The notes beneath the pieces are model-generated. The model had not been told where the DNA came from. It did no database searches and worked only from the letters and a program-made list of their open reading frames with translations. A DNA stretch of 64,000 nucleotides from Eledone cirrhosa (taxonomy: Eukaryota), in contig OZ024750.1 of NCBI GenBank assembly GCA_964016885.1, positions 2,046,001 to 2,110,000 of the forward strand, in the 5' to 3' direction. Position numbers and translations under genes: made by a program. This document shows, in pieces, positions 13,873-27,646 of the stretch (positions are counted from its first letter, which is position 1; the number at the start of each line of letters is the position of its first letter).

Positions 13873-14034
13873 TAATTGTTTCTACTTTTGGAACAAAGCC
13901 AGCAATTATCCCAATGTATTACTGATACTTTATTTTATCGACCCCGTAAGGATGAAAAGCAAAGTTAACTTTGGCGGGATTTGAACTCAGATCATAAAGG
14001 GCCATAACTCTTTGCTGCAAAGTATGGCATCCGA
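13873..14034 (-). mobile_element. tRNA-derived SINE (family A), 5'-truncated; an older copy lies at about 13620-13760
   Basis: B box, core and tail match the consensus. Confidence 0.85.
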
Positions 14035-14783
14035 CAAATAATAGACAAATTCCATGAATAAAAATAAAATATCTAAACAGTGCTAAGAAATATTAAATTG
14101 TTCTCTGAGCCATTTAGCTAATAGTGCAATTCTCTCTTTGCAGATGATATATGTTTCAGAGACATATGATGTTGTATAGTAATAAAATATGAAGAGTAAA
14201 GGTGAATTACCTTAGAGGAACAAATTAAATATAATCTACTCTATAGGTAATGCGAATTTCAAATAGAGATTTAGTGCAGATGAAAGCTGCTGTTCTCTCA
14301 AGTATTAGTTGAAGTAGGAGATATTTTGGACATTTGATGATAATAGATTACACAAGTTCTCATATAAATGTACTTTCAGATGATGGTTGTTAGGAATAGG
14401 ATGACTTGGACTTGATAAGTGAGATCAAATGACCATCCTATTAAAACACTGTGTGTGTCTGGGTATATATACCTTCCACCATACCAATGTAGTTTTTAAA
14501 GTTTAATGGTAGAGCTGTCCTGAGGGTGATATATTATAGCTATTACATTGTACAATTGGTCAAGTCAACATCCATTGTTCCTTCTACATGTCCATCTAAC
14601 CTCTCTTAATTTTGTTGACTTATGTCATGTATTTTTCATACTAGGAGAACAACTGTAACTCACTTTTAAAAAACCCTTGTTAAATAGCTTTCTGTAGCAG
14701 CCATTAACCTTTTAACATTTAAACCAGCTGTATCCGGCCAGAATTCTCTCACCTCTTTCTGTTCAAACCGGCTGTAACTGGCT

Positions 14784-14937
14784 GTGTGTGTGCATATGCA
14801 TATGTATATCTATCTATATATATATATCTGTATGAACATATGTAGATAATATACTATATATATATATACATGTGTGTGTATATATGTGCATATGTTTATC
14901 TATCTATATATACCTGTATGAACATATGTAGATAATA

Positions 14938-14979
<42 letters not shown>

Positions 14980-15046
14980 GTGTGTGTATATATGTGCATA
15001 TGTTTTATCTATCTATATATACCTGTATGAACATATGTAGATAATA

Positions 15047-15094
<48 letters not shown>

Positions 15095-15195
15095 GTGTGT
15101 GTGTATATGTGCATATGTATATCTATCTATATATACCTGTATGAACATATATAGATAATATACTATATATATATAAAAATATGTGTGTGTATGTA
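14784..15195. repeat. Compound minisatellite with a variable (TA)n linker, ~4 units
   Basis: CTGTATGAACATATGTAGATAATATAC(TA)n repeated. Confidence 0.85.
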
Positions 15196-15283
15196 CATGT
15201 ATATACAGGTACACATCTGCAAACACACATGCACTCATATACACAAGCAAACATACTTACACACATATATACCAGCACATAAC

Positions 15284-15352
<69 letters not shown>

Positions 15353-16364
15353 ATTGCCTGCTAGCTATCTGTAAAGATTCCAAATCTCACAATTAGTGTA
15401 GATTAATGAAATGCTAAGTATAGCAAAACATGGAGGCAAAAACCTCAAATAAAAGGAAGATAAAGTAAGAACTATGAAACTACTACATAAATATTTTAGT
15501 TAAAATCTAGGCAAATGAATTTTTTTTTTTTAGTGAATTAATTCATTATTTTATTCTGGGAAATATGGGTGACTTTTATAGTCTGATATTTACAGAAATT
15601 ATAATTTAACTTGAATTTTAATATACAGGGTGTTTCCCCAAAAATGTATACACACTTTCATTACCTCTACAGGCAATATTTATTAGAATGCTGTTGAAAT
15701 ATGTTTACATTTTTTTGTATACTGTATTTTATTATAATTTCTTTATATATCTGTTTTAAGTGAGTTAAGGGGTAAGAAGAGTAGTATGGTTATCACAACT
15801 GTGTCTTTTACCTACCTTCATATAGATGACATGCTGTGACACATCTCTGTTATAAACCTAGTCACTTCAGCCACAAACATTAGTACACCAGCCCTCAATG
15901 TAGGGGATAGGAAGATAAACAAATACCGGGGCTTATCCTGTTGAGACCTCAGGCATCCTCGGACCACCTATTGTTGTCCTCTGTAAAATCAGAACGACAA
16001 TAGCCTGTCTGAAGAAGGAACCCCGTGAGGTGGGGTGGCTGTTGCAGCAGGTGTCGCTGGTCATTGTGTGCAGCAATACCTTTACCAGGGTGCAGCAGAA
16101 ACACCGCTGTGACTCAGGTGTAAAGTCTGTCACCCTCTCCCCTTCCCCCCTTTATGTCTTGTTTAATAATCCTACCTTTTTCCTCCTTTTTCTCTCACTT
16201 ATAGTCTTTTGCAACCCTACTTTATTTTCTTTATGTTTGACTAAATATTAAATTCTTTATTATTTTTATGTAATTGAAAATCTAGATTTTTAAAATAAAA
16301 TTTGTTGTTTCTCCTTTGTCCCATCATCACCAACTGTTGTTTTTTTTTTGTTAACCAAAACATT

Positions 16365-16593
16365 TTAACGCTTTAGCATTTACATTACTCTATATATTCT
16401 ATTATATTTTCACTGTAAAAGCTTTACCTCACATTATTATCTCACATAGTATCGAATCTATGAGATTTTGATGTTAAATATTTTGAGAACAACACCTTAA
16501 CATCAGTATGAGTGGCCAGTTACAGCCAGTTTGAACAGAAAGAGGTGAGAGAATTCTGGCCAGATACAGCTGGTTTAAATGCTAAAGGGTTAA
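16365..16593. mobile_element. piggyBac-like MITE, uninterrupted ~229-bp reference copy
   Basis: TTAAC(G)CTTTAGCATTTA...TAAATGCTAAAGGGTTAA. Confidence 0.82.
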
Positions 16594-17979
16594 AGTTTTT
16601 TTTTTTTTATTAATTTCACTTTTTGCTGTCTACCTTTACTCAACTATCAACTTTTACAAGCACATTATACATTTTCAACCGGTTTTTTTATTTTTATTTT
16701 TAAATTTAATTTTTTGAATTGATTCTTATCACATGACTGTAACATCTGAGACATGGTAGCTATCTAATGCTCAGTCACTTTCTTCATTCTTGTCACTAAA
16801 CATATTCCTCTTATATTATCAATTCAAGAAGATCAAGTTTATCACTTCCCCTTTAACCTATTTAGAATAACAGGTCACATCTCACATTAAGTAATCTTTT
16901 GCTTTCTTATGATAAAAAACAAATTTTATTTTTCACTTTTTTTTCATTGATTTACAACAAAATATAATGTTAGTCTACCCATTTAGAAACTAGAAGCTTC
17001 TTGTCACCAGAGCAACAGATAATTGCTGAATGAGCACACCATCTGTAAGTTAAATGAATGCTTGTTATTGGTCAATAAGTAGATTTAAGAAGAAAATTAC
17101 TCGATTTCCTGATCTTGGGGTTTTATAAATACTTTTTAATCCATAGCTGGATTAGTTGAGATCTCTTTTATCAGCTTTACAGTTTTACAAATTAGTTGTA
17201 AATAAGAATAGAGAATTAGAAGCTATTATAGAGAAAGTTTATGCCTGTATATTGTAGTGGGGAATTCCTCAACTGGAGAGCGAATACCTATAACAAGTGT
17301 AAGTTAACTTGGTCTTGTTTTGGAAGCAATGATCTAATAATAGCCAACAGTAGTTCTATTGGAGTGTAAGAACAGACAAATAAGGAAGGGTTAAATTAGT
17401 ACTTTCATTGGATAACAGTAGTTTCAACTGAGGCATCTCAACACCCAGTATTATGGCAAACCACTAGATATGCTGTGAAATTTTCCACAAACTCTCCAAT
17501 ATTAAATCTGCAAAGTAATCTCCGTTTCTACAATTACTTATAACATTATCTTTAAATAAGATAATTAGAGTGACAGCTTTAAAACGAATGATGCTAGCTG
17601 CATTGCTGCATTACGGGATGTGGTAGTCCCCTTGAAATATTGATAAATATTTTATATCGATATAGTTAAAATAGTCCGTTTATTTTTAGTTTTGTAGGAA
17701 ACAAAATAATTCTAGAAATATTTCAGATTTAAATAAATTATATTAACTTTATCTTCTCGTTTGCAGCAGGAATTCTCTTTATCATGTGAAAAAGAGTAAT
17801 CTTTTTATTTATTTATTTATTATAATTATTATTATTTTTTTTTTTGACATTTCTAAGGCCGGCTCATTATTTTGGAAACAACTACTCTACCTCAAGAAGT
17901 CCTCATAAACGAAGCTAATGGCATTGGAGGAGGGTGAGATAGAGAGAAATGTCAGCAATGTTGGTATTGTGACTGGAAT

Positions 17980-18235
17980 ATCCTTTTGTAAAGGAATCGA
18001 GAGAGAAGTGGCAAGTGTCTATTTATAGGTAGGTTGGTAAGTAGATAGGTGAGCTAGGAACGTAAGTCTTACCTACGTGAATGGCTGCCTACGTAAATCG
18101 GTTGTGATTACGTATGGGCCTCTATCTACATAAACATTGCGGCAGTTTCACCTTATGAAGCCATTTGTAACTTTCTTTTTCGGAAACGGGATCTTTACCA
18201 TGATTAAACAACTATAGCGGATTCCCGAGGTAAGT
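17980..18235 (+). promoter_or_regulatory. Candidate promoter and non-coding first exon ending at a strong splice donor, possibly of the 53680 gene
   Basis: Local CpG enrichment in non-repeat sequence; MEF2 consensus CTATTTATAG at 18019-18028; four ACGT-core motifs at 18059-18114; TATA-like CATAAA near 18129; donor GAG|GTAAGT at 18229/18230. Confidence 0.45.
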
Positions 18236-19519
18236 TACTTTTCGTTTCATTGCCTTTATTTCGTTATTAAACAGAATGCGAAATAAAATGACAGGGATAC
18301 TCACGTCTAGCTTTACATATACACAAGTTATTTTAATATAATTTATTATTTTGAAGTACTTTTCCGTAAGGTTGTTTTTAATAACAGAATAGTTTCCCCT
18401 TGTATGTGTGTATTAGTATGTATTAGTATGTATTAGTAGTATGTATATACTAACACATCAAAGATGGAACATGCGCATCTGTTAATGTGCGAGTGTTTAT
18501 GTTTTTCTCATTATATGTGCGCGTGTGTTTATGCATGCATGCATCTGTGCATGTTTGTGAGTGTGTATACATGCATGCTATGTGTACGCATATTACGCAT
18601 ATATGTTTATATAATTAGTGTATTACTCGACAGAACACCGGAGAGACTGCACTTAATAAAGGATTCAATATTATATAAGCATGGTATATATTCATTTATT
18701 CATTTAATAATACTTAACAGTGCCAGTTCATTCCAATATATTGCCGAGAGATATGTAGGATTTCTACCTTTGAAAAGATATGAATATGTATTGAAAAAAA
18801 TATATAATTGGAAGGTATTTTCTTTATACACATATATATAATGAGTGTGTGTGTATGTATACTTCATATATATGTATTTTATGTGGGTTTGGGGTTGTGT
18901 ATGTATGATTTTGTGTCCGCTTTCCATGCTAGAAATGTGCTGGGTGTGTCGTTACCTCCGAACGAGTTTTTATTCAGAGGTCTGTTCTCTATAGGTTGTA
19001 CGTTCCAATTTCGGCAAGGGCTGCTCTTCGTAACACCAATTACGTAACAGAGTATACTGGGTGTGTTTTATCGTGACACCTGCTCTAGAGAAGTTGTTAT
19101 GCTGTCGCTGATACATAAATAGTCCCTCTCTAGCTTATATTGTCTCCATTCAAACACCAACCACTTTACAGAGTAACTAGGTACATTTTATCGTTCCACG
19201 AACACTTGAGAGATAGCCTGCCTGTTTGATTAACTGAACTACCTGCTCATTGAATTAGTGTGCTAGTGGTTGAATAATTCGCAGGCATGTGTACCTTTAA
19301 CATAATCCACAGGTAGAATCAACATTACACCGTGTGTGACAAGACTGCATCTTTAGATTGCAGATACAATCTATCCGATGGGCTTCTGCGCAGTTTCGGT
19401 CTACGCAATTTCACATAGTTGCATCAGGGAAATGCTTTTGCTCAATATGCAGGAAAACACTCGGTAGGAATTCCACACAGTGTATCCAATGTAAATTATG
19501 GTTATATAAGAGGTGTAGT

Positions 19520-20105
19520 GAGACCAAAGGCTGACTGAAAAAAAAAGAATGTATGTGGTAGATGCACGACAGTACTTATTAGTAAAACACCAATGAAATA
19601 AATTATTTCCAGTGCTCGGAAAGTTCCATAGAAGTAGTTGATAGCGTCTGTTACCTAAATGATCTAATCAGCTGTGGAGGAGAGTACTTTGAAAGCATTG
19701 TACCCAGAATAATAAACAGGGTGGGAAAAGCTCAGGCAGTTGTGTTCACAAATAATAAAGGGATTATCTATTTATTCAAAGAGTAGAATGTATGATGCTT
19801 GTATATGAAGGGAAATATTGTGTTACAAGTGATGGGCATTGAATGAAGAGGATGTGCAAAGGATGGAACGAAATGAAGTGAGTATGCTCTGTTTGTGACT
19901 ATGAATGACAAGTCAAAGGGAAACTGAATGAAAAGCTAGGAATAAGAGAAATGAGATGTAAGGTAGAAGGAAGAAGACTTCACTAGTCTTGACATGTAAT
20001 GTATGGATGACAGATGGGGTAAAGAGGTATCCTGACACCCAAGAGGACGGGGGCTGTTTAAGGTGAGAACTGGAGAAGACATGGGAAAGTTGGTCTCGGG
20101 ATGTT
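19520..20105 (+). pseudogene. Degenerate RTE LINE C-terminal fragment
   Basis: Translates in pieces to SIEVVDS..YL.DLISCGG, RMYDACI, EDVQRMERNEVSML and EKTW, matching the intact RTE copies. Confidence 0.75.
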
Positions 20106-20142
20106 GAACCCCACAAGGGAATAACACACACACACACACATA

Positions 20143-20330
20143 TACAAGGGTCAGCTGTAAAGTTCATACTCTCATGGAATGACCAAATGAGGTTTATTTT
20201 TCAACAAAGTCCCTGGAAAGAAACAATGCAGTTATTAATAAGAAGACTTGAAAATAATGCATGCAAGATTCTACAGCTCTAGCATCATTCCTTCATAGCC
20301 AGCCTATGAGCTTTTCAGCCCAGTATCGTA
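20143..20330. mobile_element. mariner-like MITE family M1, opposite orientation
   Basis: Reverse complement of the 13105 copy. Confidence 0.75.
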
Positions 20331-20359
20331 TATATATTTATATAATATATGTGTGTGTG

Positions 20360-20550
20360 TCATGACAAAAAGCACCCAGCCCACCCAGTAAGGGAGCTAG
20401 CCTTACGAAGGACATCAAGCTATAGAAAACCCAGCCCCAAATGGACCGTTTCAACATGACATGGTCAGTTGCCCTGTTTGGCCTCATAACATGTCAACCC
20501 ATCAAACCTATGCAAGCATGGAAAATAGACTTTAAACAGTGATGATGATA
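20360..20550 (+). mobile_element. Bipartite RTE-derived non-autonomous element (5'UTR-like motif + RTE 3' tail)
   Basis: AAAAGCACCCAG..GAAGGACATCAAGCTATAGAAA..CCTATGCAAGCATGGAAAATAGAC..GATGATG; similar copies near 18912-19090, 24465-24620, 31580-31730 and 34685-34760. Confidence 0.65.
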
Positions 20551-20679
20551 TATTTAGTAGTTTTTTTTATATAATAGTATATATAATACATTAGTCAACA
20601 CTAATGTATAATCTTATACAATTTGGAGTGTATGTATATGAGGTATTATATATGTATCTATATATGTGTGCATGTATGT

Positions 20680-21541
20680 ATGTATGTGTGACTATGTACG
20701 TCTGCATATGTGACTATATATGTATGCATCTATGTATGTGTGCATGTGTGACTATATATATATATGTATGCATCTATGTATGTGTGCATGTGTGACTATA
20801 TATATATATATATGTATGCATCTATGTATGTGTGCATGTGTGACTATATATATATATATATATGTATGCATCTATGTATGTGTGCATGTGTGACTATATA
20901 TATGTATATATGTATGCATCTATGTATGTGTGCATGTGTGACTATATATATGTATATATGTATGCATCTATGTATGTGTGCATGTGTGACTATATATATA
21001 TATGTATGCATCTATGCATGTGTGCATGTGTGACTATATATATATATATATGTATGCATCTATGTATGTGTGCATGTGTGACTATATATATGTATATATG
21101 TATGCATCTATGTATGTGTGCATGTGTGACTATATATATATGTATGCATCTATGTATGTGTGCATGTGTGACTATATATATATATATGTATGCATCTATG
21201 TATGTGTGCATGTGTGACTATATATATATATGTATGCATCTATGTATGTGTGCATGTGTGACTATATATATATATATATATGTATACATCTATGTATGTG
21301 TGCATGTGTGACTATATATATATGTATGCATCTATGTATGTGTGCATGTGTGACTATATATATATGTATGCATCTATGTATGTGTGACTGTATGTATAAG
21401 ATAAATAAATATATATATATACACACTCACACATATACATATTTATACATACATATATACAGTCACATATGCAGACATAGATAGATGCATACATATATAT
21501 ATATATATATATATACAGTCACACATGCACATATACATAGA

Positions 21542-21582
<41 letters not shown>

Positions 21583-21590
21583 TCACACAT
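20680..21590. repeat. Compound minisatellite (~33-bp core + (TA)n), ~16 units followed by ~2 inverted units
   Basis: GTATGCATCTATGTATGTGTGCATGTGTGAC(TA)n; reverse-complement units at 21460-21590. Confidence 0.9.
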
Positions 21591-21739
21591 ATATAGATAG
21601 ATATATAACACCATATACATAGATACATACACAGACCAGACTCGAGGTGGGGTGGGGCCCTGTAGGTCAATTTTTAGAGTGAGCTTCAGGTTTTAATTTA
21701 TTGAATTCTATTTATTCTGTCATTTATAACAATATGTAC

Positions 21740-21816
21740 ACCACACACACACACACAACCACGCACACACACACACACAACCACGCACACACACGCACAC
21801 ACACAACCACACACAC

Positions 21817-21860
<44 letters not shown>

Positions 21861-22176
21861 ACGCACACACACACACAACCACGCACACACAAACACAACC
21901 ACGCACACACAAACACAACCACGCACACACACACACAACCACACACACACACACAACCACACACACAACCACACACACACACAACCACACACACACACAA
22001 CCACACACACACACAACCACACACACACAACCACACACACACACAACCACACACACACACAACCACAAGGTATAAATCATGATTTGAAATGGACCCTAAT
22101 TTTCATACTTTGCCTGGGCTCCTTAACAGCATTATGTATGTATGTATGCATGTGTATGTATGTATGTATGTATGTA

Positions 22177-22209
<33 letters not shown>

Positions 22210-22477
22210 ATGTATGTATGTATGTGTGTATGTATGTAGGTATGTATGTGTATGTATGTATGTATGTAGGTATGTATGTATGTGTGTGTGTATGTATGTG
22301 TGTGTGTATGTATGTATGTATGTATGTATGTGTGTGTATGTATTACAGCTAAGTCTGTTTCATTCTCACATCATCTCTCATGCCCTATCTGTGTGTATAT
22401 ATATATATATATATATATCTCCCTCTATGTATATATATATATATCCCTCTATGTATATATATATATATCCCTCTATG

Positions 22478-22508
<31 letters not shown>

Positions 22509-22517
22509 CCCTCTATG

Positions 22518-22558
<41 letters not shown>

Positions 22559-22610
22559 CTATGTATATATATATATATATCTCCCTCTATATATATATAT
22601 ATATATATAT
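21740..22610. repeat. Microsatellite block: (CA)n/ACC, (TATG)n and (TA)n/TCCC compound repeats
   Basis: Direct reading. Confidence 0.9.
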
Positions 22611-22760
22611 TATATAAAAATTATATAAATTATATTAAAATTATATAAAAAATAAACAAAGAAGCCTTCAATTCATCAAAAAGCTATATCTTATATCTTC
22701 TACTGTCATTTCTCTAATACGACGAATGTGTTTAACTCTAATGCACTCAAGTATTTTTAT

Positions 22761-22813
<53 letters not shown>

Positions 22814-22909
22814 CTATGTATATAGCAGGGAAATGCGGACGTAAAATGATGATGATGATGATATATATGTATGCATATATATGAATGCATATGTATGTAT
22901 GCATACATA

Positions 22910-22965
<56 letters not shown>

Positions 22966-23483
22966 TATACACACGCATACATTATTTTATATTTATAGTT
23001 ATAATATATTATTTTAATGTTAATATTGCTGTTGTTAAGTCATAAAATTATAAATAAAAGCAAATATTTGCAGAGCATGTGAAAGGAAGAAGCTTTATAA
23101 ACCACACCAGACCTGTCTAGCCACAGAACGTGACAACCCATGAAGGTATGGAAAATAGACATAAAGCAACGATGATGATGATGATGATGGCGGTGATGAT
23201 GATGGTGGTGGTGATGATGATGGTGGTGGTGATGGTGGTAATGATGATGGTGGTGGTGGCGGTGGTGGTGGCAGTGATTTATAGATGAGTGGTGGTGGTG
23301 GTGGGGTGGGTGGGTGTATGTGTGTGTGTGTGGGTGGGTGGGGGGGGGGTTATAGATGAAAAACCTCAACACTTGTAGAAAAGCCAAATGCATTATATCT
23401 ATTGTTTGTGTTGACTGGGACTCTAAGTTATGTAACCAGTCTGTTTGAATAAGCCACTAAAGGTAAACCCTTTATATATATAC

Positions 23484-23515
<32 letters not shown>

Positions 23516-24764
23516 CATCATCACCGTTTAACGTCTATTTTTCCATGCTAGCATGGGTTAGACAGGTTGTCCCATTCGAGGCAAGATGGGTCTGGTGACC
23601 GTGTCTTGCTCACACACACACATACATGCATATACATATATATATATATACACATATATATATATGTATGTATATACACACGCCTATATTCACAAATGCA
23701 TAGTCTTCTGTACTATTCTGCTACTATACAACACTGGCAATATAAAATCAATCTTATCTACACTATTTCTGCACATATACATATACACATGCACCACATA
23801 ATGTGTGTGGGAGGAATATATTGATTATCTCCTCTCATTAATCATGGTCTTGGTTTCCTTAGCAGTAATAAAGATTTTTTTTTTCTTCTTCCCTTGGGCA
23901 CAAGGCCAGTTTTGTAGTGAAAGGGTTATAGTCAATATAATTGGTCAGAACTCAACTGGGCAATGCCAGCTTTAGTAAGATTTGATCATGGGACAGTGAG
24001 GTACTTAACTGCTCATACCTTGTTCTATTTGTTAGGAGCTTATTTGTAAAATGCCAGCAACCCACTATAAGGATGCTTTCTTACTTTGACAAATGGCCAG
24101 ACATTTTTTAGGTGAGGAGAATAAGTTTATGTAACATTCATGATTTTCTCAGTGAAATAAACAGAGTAAGAAAAGTTGGTTGATTTCAGCAAGGAACTGA
24201 AACTGATTCACAGAATCTACTTGCCAAGAACTTATCTAATCTTCTTTGCTACCTACTACATTATGTTTAGCTTTAATTATTGTTTCTTACATAGGCACAA
24301 GGCCAGATATTTGGAGAAGAAAGGAATTTTTGCTTATATTAAGCCCAGTACTACTTGGTTGGTTCTTATTCTATCAACTCCAGAAGAGGAAAAAAAACTA
24401 AGTCAAGCTTCTCAGGATTTGAACTCAGAATGTAAAGTGTTGTAACTGTCTGATACACTAATCATCATCATCATTTGACATGGGTAGGACAGGCAGTCCC
24501 TTTCTGAGAGATCAGGTTAGAGGATCTTGATTCACATACATGGAACTGATTTTGGCTTGATTTCTACAGCTGGATCACCTTCCTAATGCCAACCACATTT
24601 ACAGTGTGTGCTGGGTGCTTAATGACTCTTCAAAATACTTAACCCTTTTGATTCCAACTCAACTGAAACCACCTCTAATTTCATGATACAAAAATGCCTG
24701 TTCATATTTAAATTAAAATTGCCTATCATAATTTTATGTTAGAACCTCTCATTAAGTTATGTTC

Positions 24765-24877
24765 CTCCACACAGTTTAAGCTCTTCACACAATTTCAGCT
24801 CTCCACATGATTTGAACCCTCCATACAATTTGAGCTCTCCACACAGTTTGAGTTCTCCACACAATTTGAGCTCTTCA
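24765..24877. repeat. 18-bp tandem repeat, ~6 copies
   Basis: CTCTCCACACAATTTGAG variants. Confidence 0.8.
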
Positions 24878-25073
24878 GAGCTTCTTTTTCTTCATTTACT
24901 TCCTTTAGCTATAAGGATTTATTCCATTAGCATAAAACCCCAAATTTGTGTCGATGTAATATAGTTAATCATCATAGATCTCAATACATGAGTGGTATTC
25001 ATTTTGTCAATTCCTGAAAAGTTAAAAGCAAAATCAATGACCAGTGGAATTTGAACTTTTAGTTATATTTTAA

Positions 25074-25295
25074 TAATTTCTGATTTAGGCACAAGGCCAA
25101 CAATTTTGGGGGGAAATTTTTGAGGGGAAAGTCAATTAAATTGACCCCAGTGCATTACTGGTACTTTATTTTATCAACTCTGTAAGAATGAAAGGCAAAG
25201 CTAACCTCAGTAGGATTTGAACTCGGATCATAAAGAGGTGTAACCCTATGCCATAAAGCATGTTCTCCGTAGCCTAATACTGCCAATTCACCTCC
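25074..25295 (-). mobile_element. tRNA-derived SINE (family A, long variant); an older copy lies at about 24277-24450
   Basis: Consensus match including the extra C-rich segment before the tail. Confidence 0.82.
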
Positions 25296-25814
25296 TACGG
25301 GCAAACTATAATATTGACAGCAAAAATTAAAATAACTAAAAATCCTGATATTCTAAATCTCAAGGGAACCACTGTCAAAAAATTCTTATTTCACTATATC
25401 ACCTGTTTATTTTCCCCTACCTATATTTGCCTATTAATTTCTTATCTGTAAATACATTTTACTGTATAAGTAGCATGTAATGTTCCATAGCTCATATTTT
25501 CATAAGAATTTACTGGTAATTATTTACAACAAAGTGGATAAGGTTATCAAGAGTTGATGGGTCAAAGATGCACCACTAAGCCAAGCCTGAGGAGAAGGAG
25601 GTATGTAGAGGAGCAAGTTGACATGGGCCTATGATAATGAAGTGGGAGGAGCTGATCACCTCAGGTTTTAATTTTGTTATTCTCTTCTCTTATTTACAAT
25701 TACATCATATATACTACATGTACATGCATATATCTCTAACCTATACATTGTATCTAGTTAACACTGCTTACTAAAAAACTTAATAGGCAGTTTAAAATTG
25801 GGCCTACATTATAC

Positions 25815-26345
25815 AATTTGGCCTGGGCCTAGTGTCCTACATTTCACATCTGGCCTGGGCTTATTTCCTGCTCTCGGCACCTACATTTTACATTTAGCCT
25901 GGGCATATTACCTGTGCTAGGAGACTACATTTCACATATGATCTGAGCCTTTTATTTGCTCTAGAATCCAACATTTCACAGCTGGCCTGGGCCTTTACCT
26001 GCTCTAGGAGCCTACATTTCACAAATGACTAGGCCTATTACCCACTCTAGGGTCCTACAATTCACATTTAGCCTGGGTATGTTACCTGTGGTAGGAGCCT
26101 ACATTTCACATCTAGACTGGGTCTGTTACCTGTGCTAGGAGCCTACATTTCACATATGGCCTGGGCCTTTACCTGTTCTGGGAGCCTACATTTCACATAT
26201 GGCCTGGGCCTTTACCTGTTCTGGGAGCCTACATTTCACATATTGTCTGGGCCTTTACCTGCTCTGGGAGCCTACATTTCACATATGATCTGGACATTTA
26301 CCTACGCTAGGAGCCTACATTTCACATCTGGCCTGGGCTTATTAT
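25815..26345. repeat. 43-44-bp minisatellite, ~12 diverged copies
   Basis: GGCCTGGGCCTTTACCTGCTCTAGGAGCCTACATTTCACATAT; ACATTTCAC at 26101, 26145, 26188, 26231. Confidence 0.92.
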
Positions 26346-27429
26346 CTGCTTTGCAGAGGACTGTGCACCACACCACAGTTATTTGGATTTGAAACTCTCT
26401 TCACCATTTTGTAATGACATCCAAATAAGTTTAATTATTATGCATAATATTAATCCATTTTTTTACTCACTAAATTTATGAAAATCTAAGAAACATATAA
26501 ATATAAGGATATCAATTCTTTTTACCTTCTGATCGATTTGTAAACATATTTAGAAATATATTTATTATTTCTAAAAATATTTTGTCTAAATTGAGTTAAG
26601 ATATTGATTTAATTCAACACTTCTCAAGCATTAAAAAAATAACTTAATGGTTTGTAAACTTTAAGCTCTCAGACCCTAAAAACAAAACATGTTTTATTAG
26701 TTTTAGCTGGAACATAAGATCTAGGAAGAAACAAATATAAGCAATTAAAATGATTTCATATATAATGAATGTGAAGGAAAGGGGGGAAAAAATTGATTAT
26801 AAGCTTATTAGAAATCAATAGCTAAGTACTCGTTACATGGGCTCAAGTCTTAAATAGAAATTTATGTTGATCATATAATAGACAAGAACTTATAATAGAT
26901 TATGTTCTCTCTCCACACACATATATACATACACATTCACATACATACACACATACATACAAACACACATGGTCACACATACACACACATATGCTCAAAG
27001 AAACACACACATATACACAAAGAATCACACATGCCTAAAGAAACACATGCATACACGCACACACCAAAACACCAAAAAAAACACACACACACAAGCACAT
27101 ACACACACACAAGCACATGCACACAAAAAATACACAGAAACACACATGTTGCTTCATTAACTTCTCTACAAGCCCAAACCAATCAAACTGTTACAACAAA
27201 GTTTTACATGAAGAATGTTACCAAAGTGGCATCGTAATTCTGCTTCTTTGAACATCCTTTTCATGTAATTCTTTTATATACTTCTATCATAAAAGATAAG
27301 TTTATTGCTGCAGAACTGGATTAATACTTATAAACACATAGAAATAAACTCTTAATACAAGTTAATAAAGGCCTCACATCACTACAATATTGGTATGTTA
27401 GAAATAGCAGCCAAATTCCCTTAAATAAT

Positions 27430-27646
27430 TGTTTCTACTTTAGGCAGAAGGCCACTAATTTGAAGGGAAGGGGGAAGTCGATTAAATCGACACCAGTGCA
27501 TTACTGGTACTGACCCCCCCCCCCCCTGTAAGGATGAAATATAAAGCTAAGCTCGGCGGCATTTGTACTCCAAACTTAGAGGGCCATAACTCTATGCCAC
27601 GAAGCAGTGTGTCTGATGCTCTACCGATACTGCCAATCCACTGCCC
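27430..27646 (-). mobile_element. tRNA-derived SINE (family A, long variant)
   Basis: Consensus match; TSD-like CCCTTAAATAAT at 27418-27429 and 27644-27655. Confidence 0.87.

Noticed and set aside
20604-23400. Many overlapping YI, CV, HT and poly-His ORFs (also near 8.7-10.8, 29.1-29.5, 41.5-44 and 55.4-57.7 kb)
   Set aside because: Translations of stop-free microsatellites
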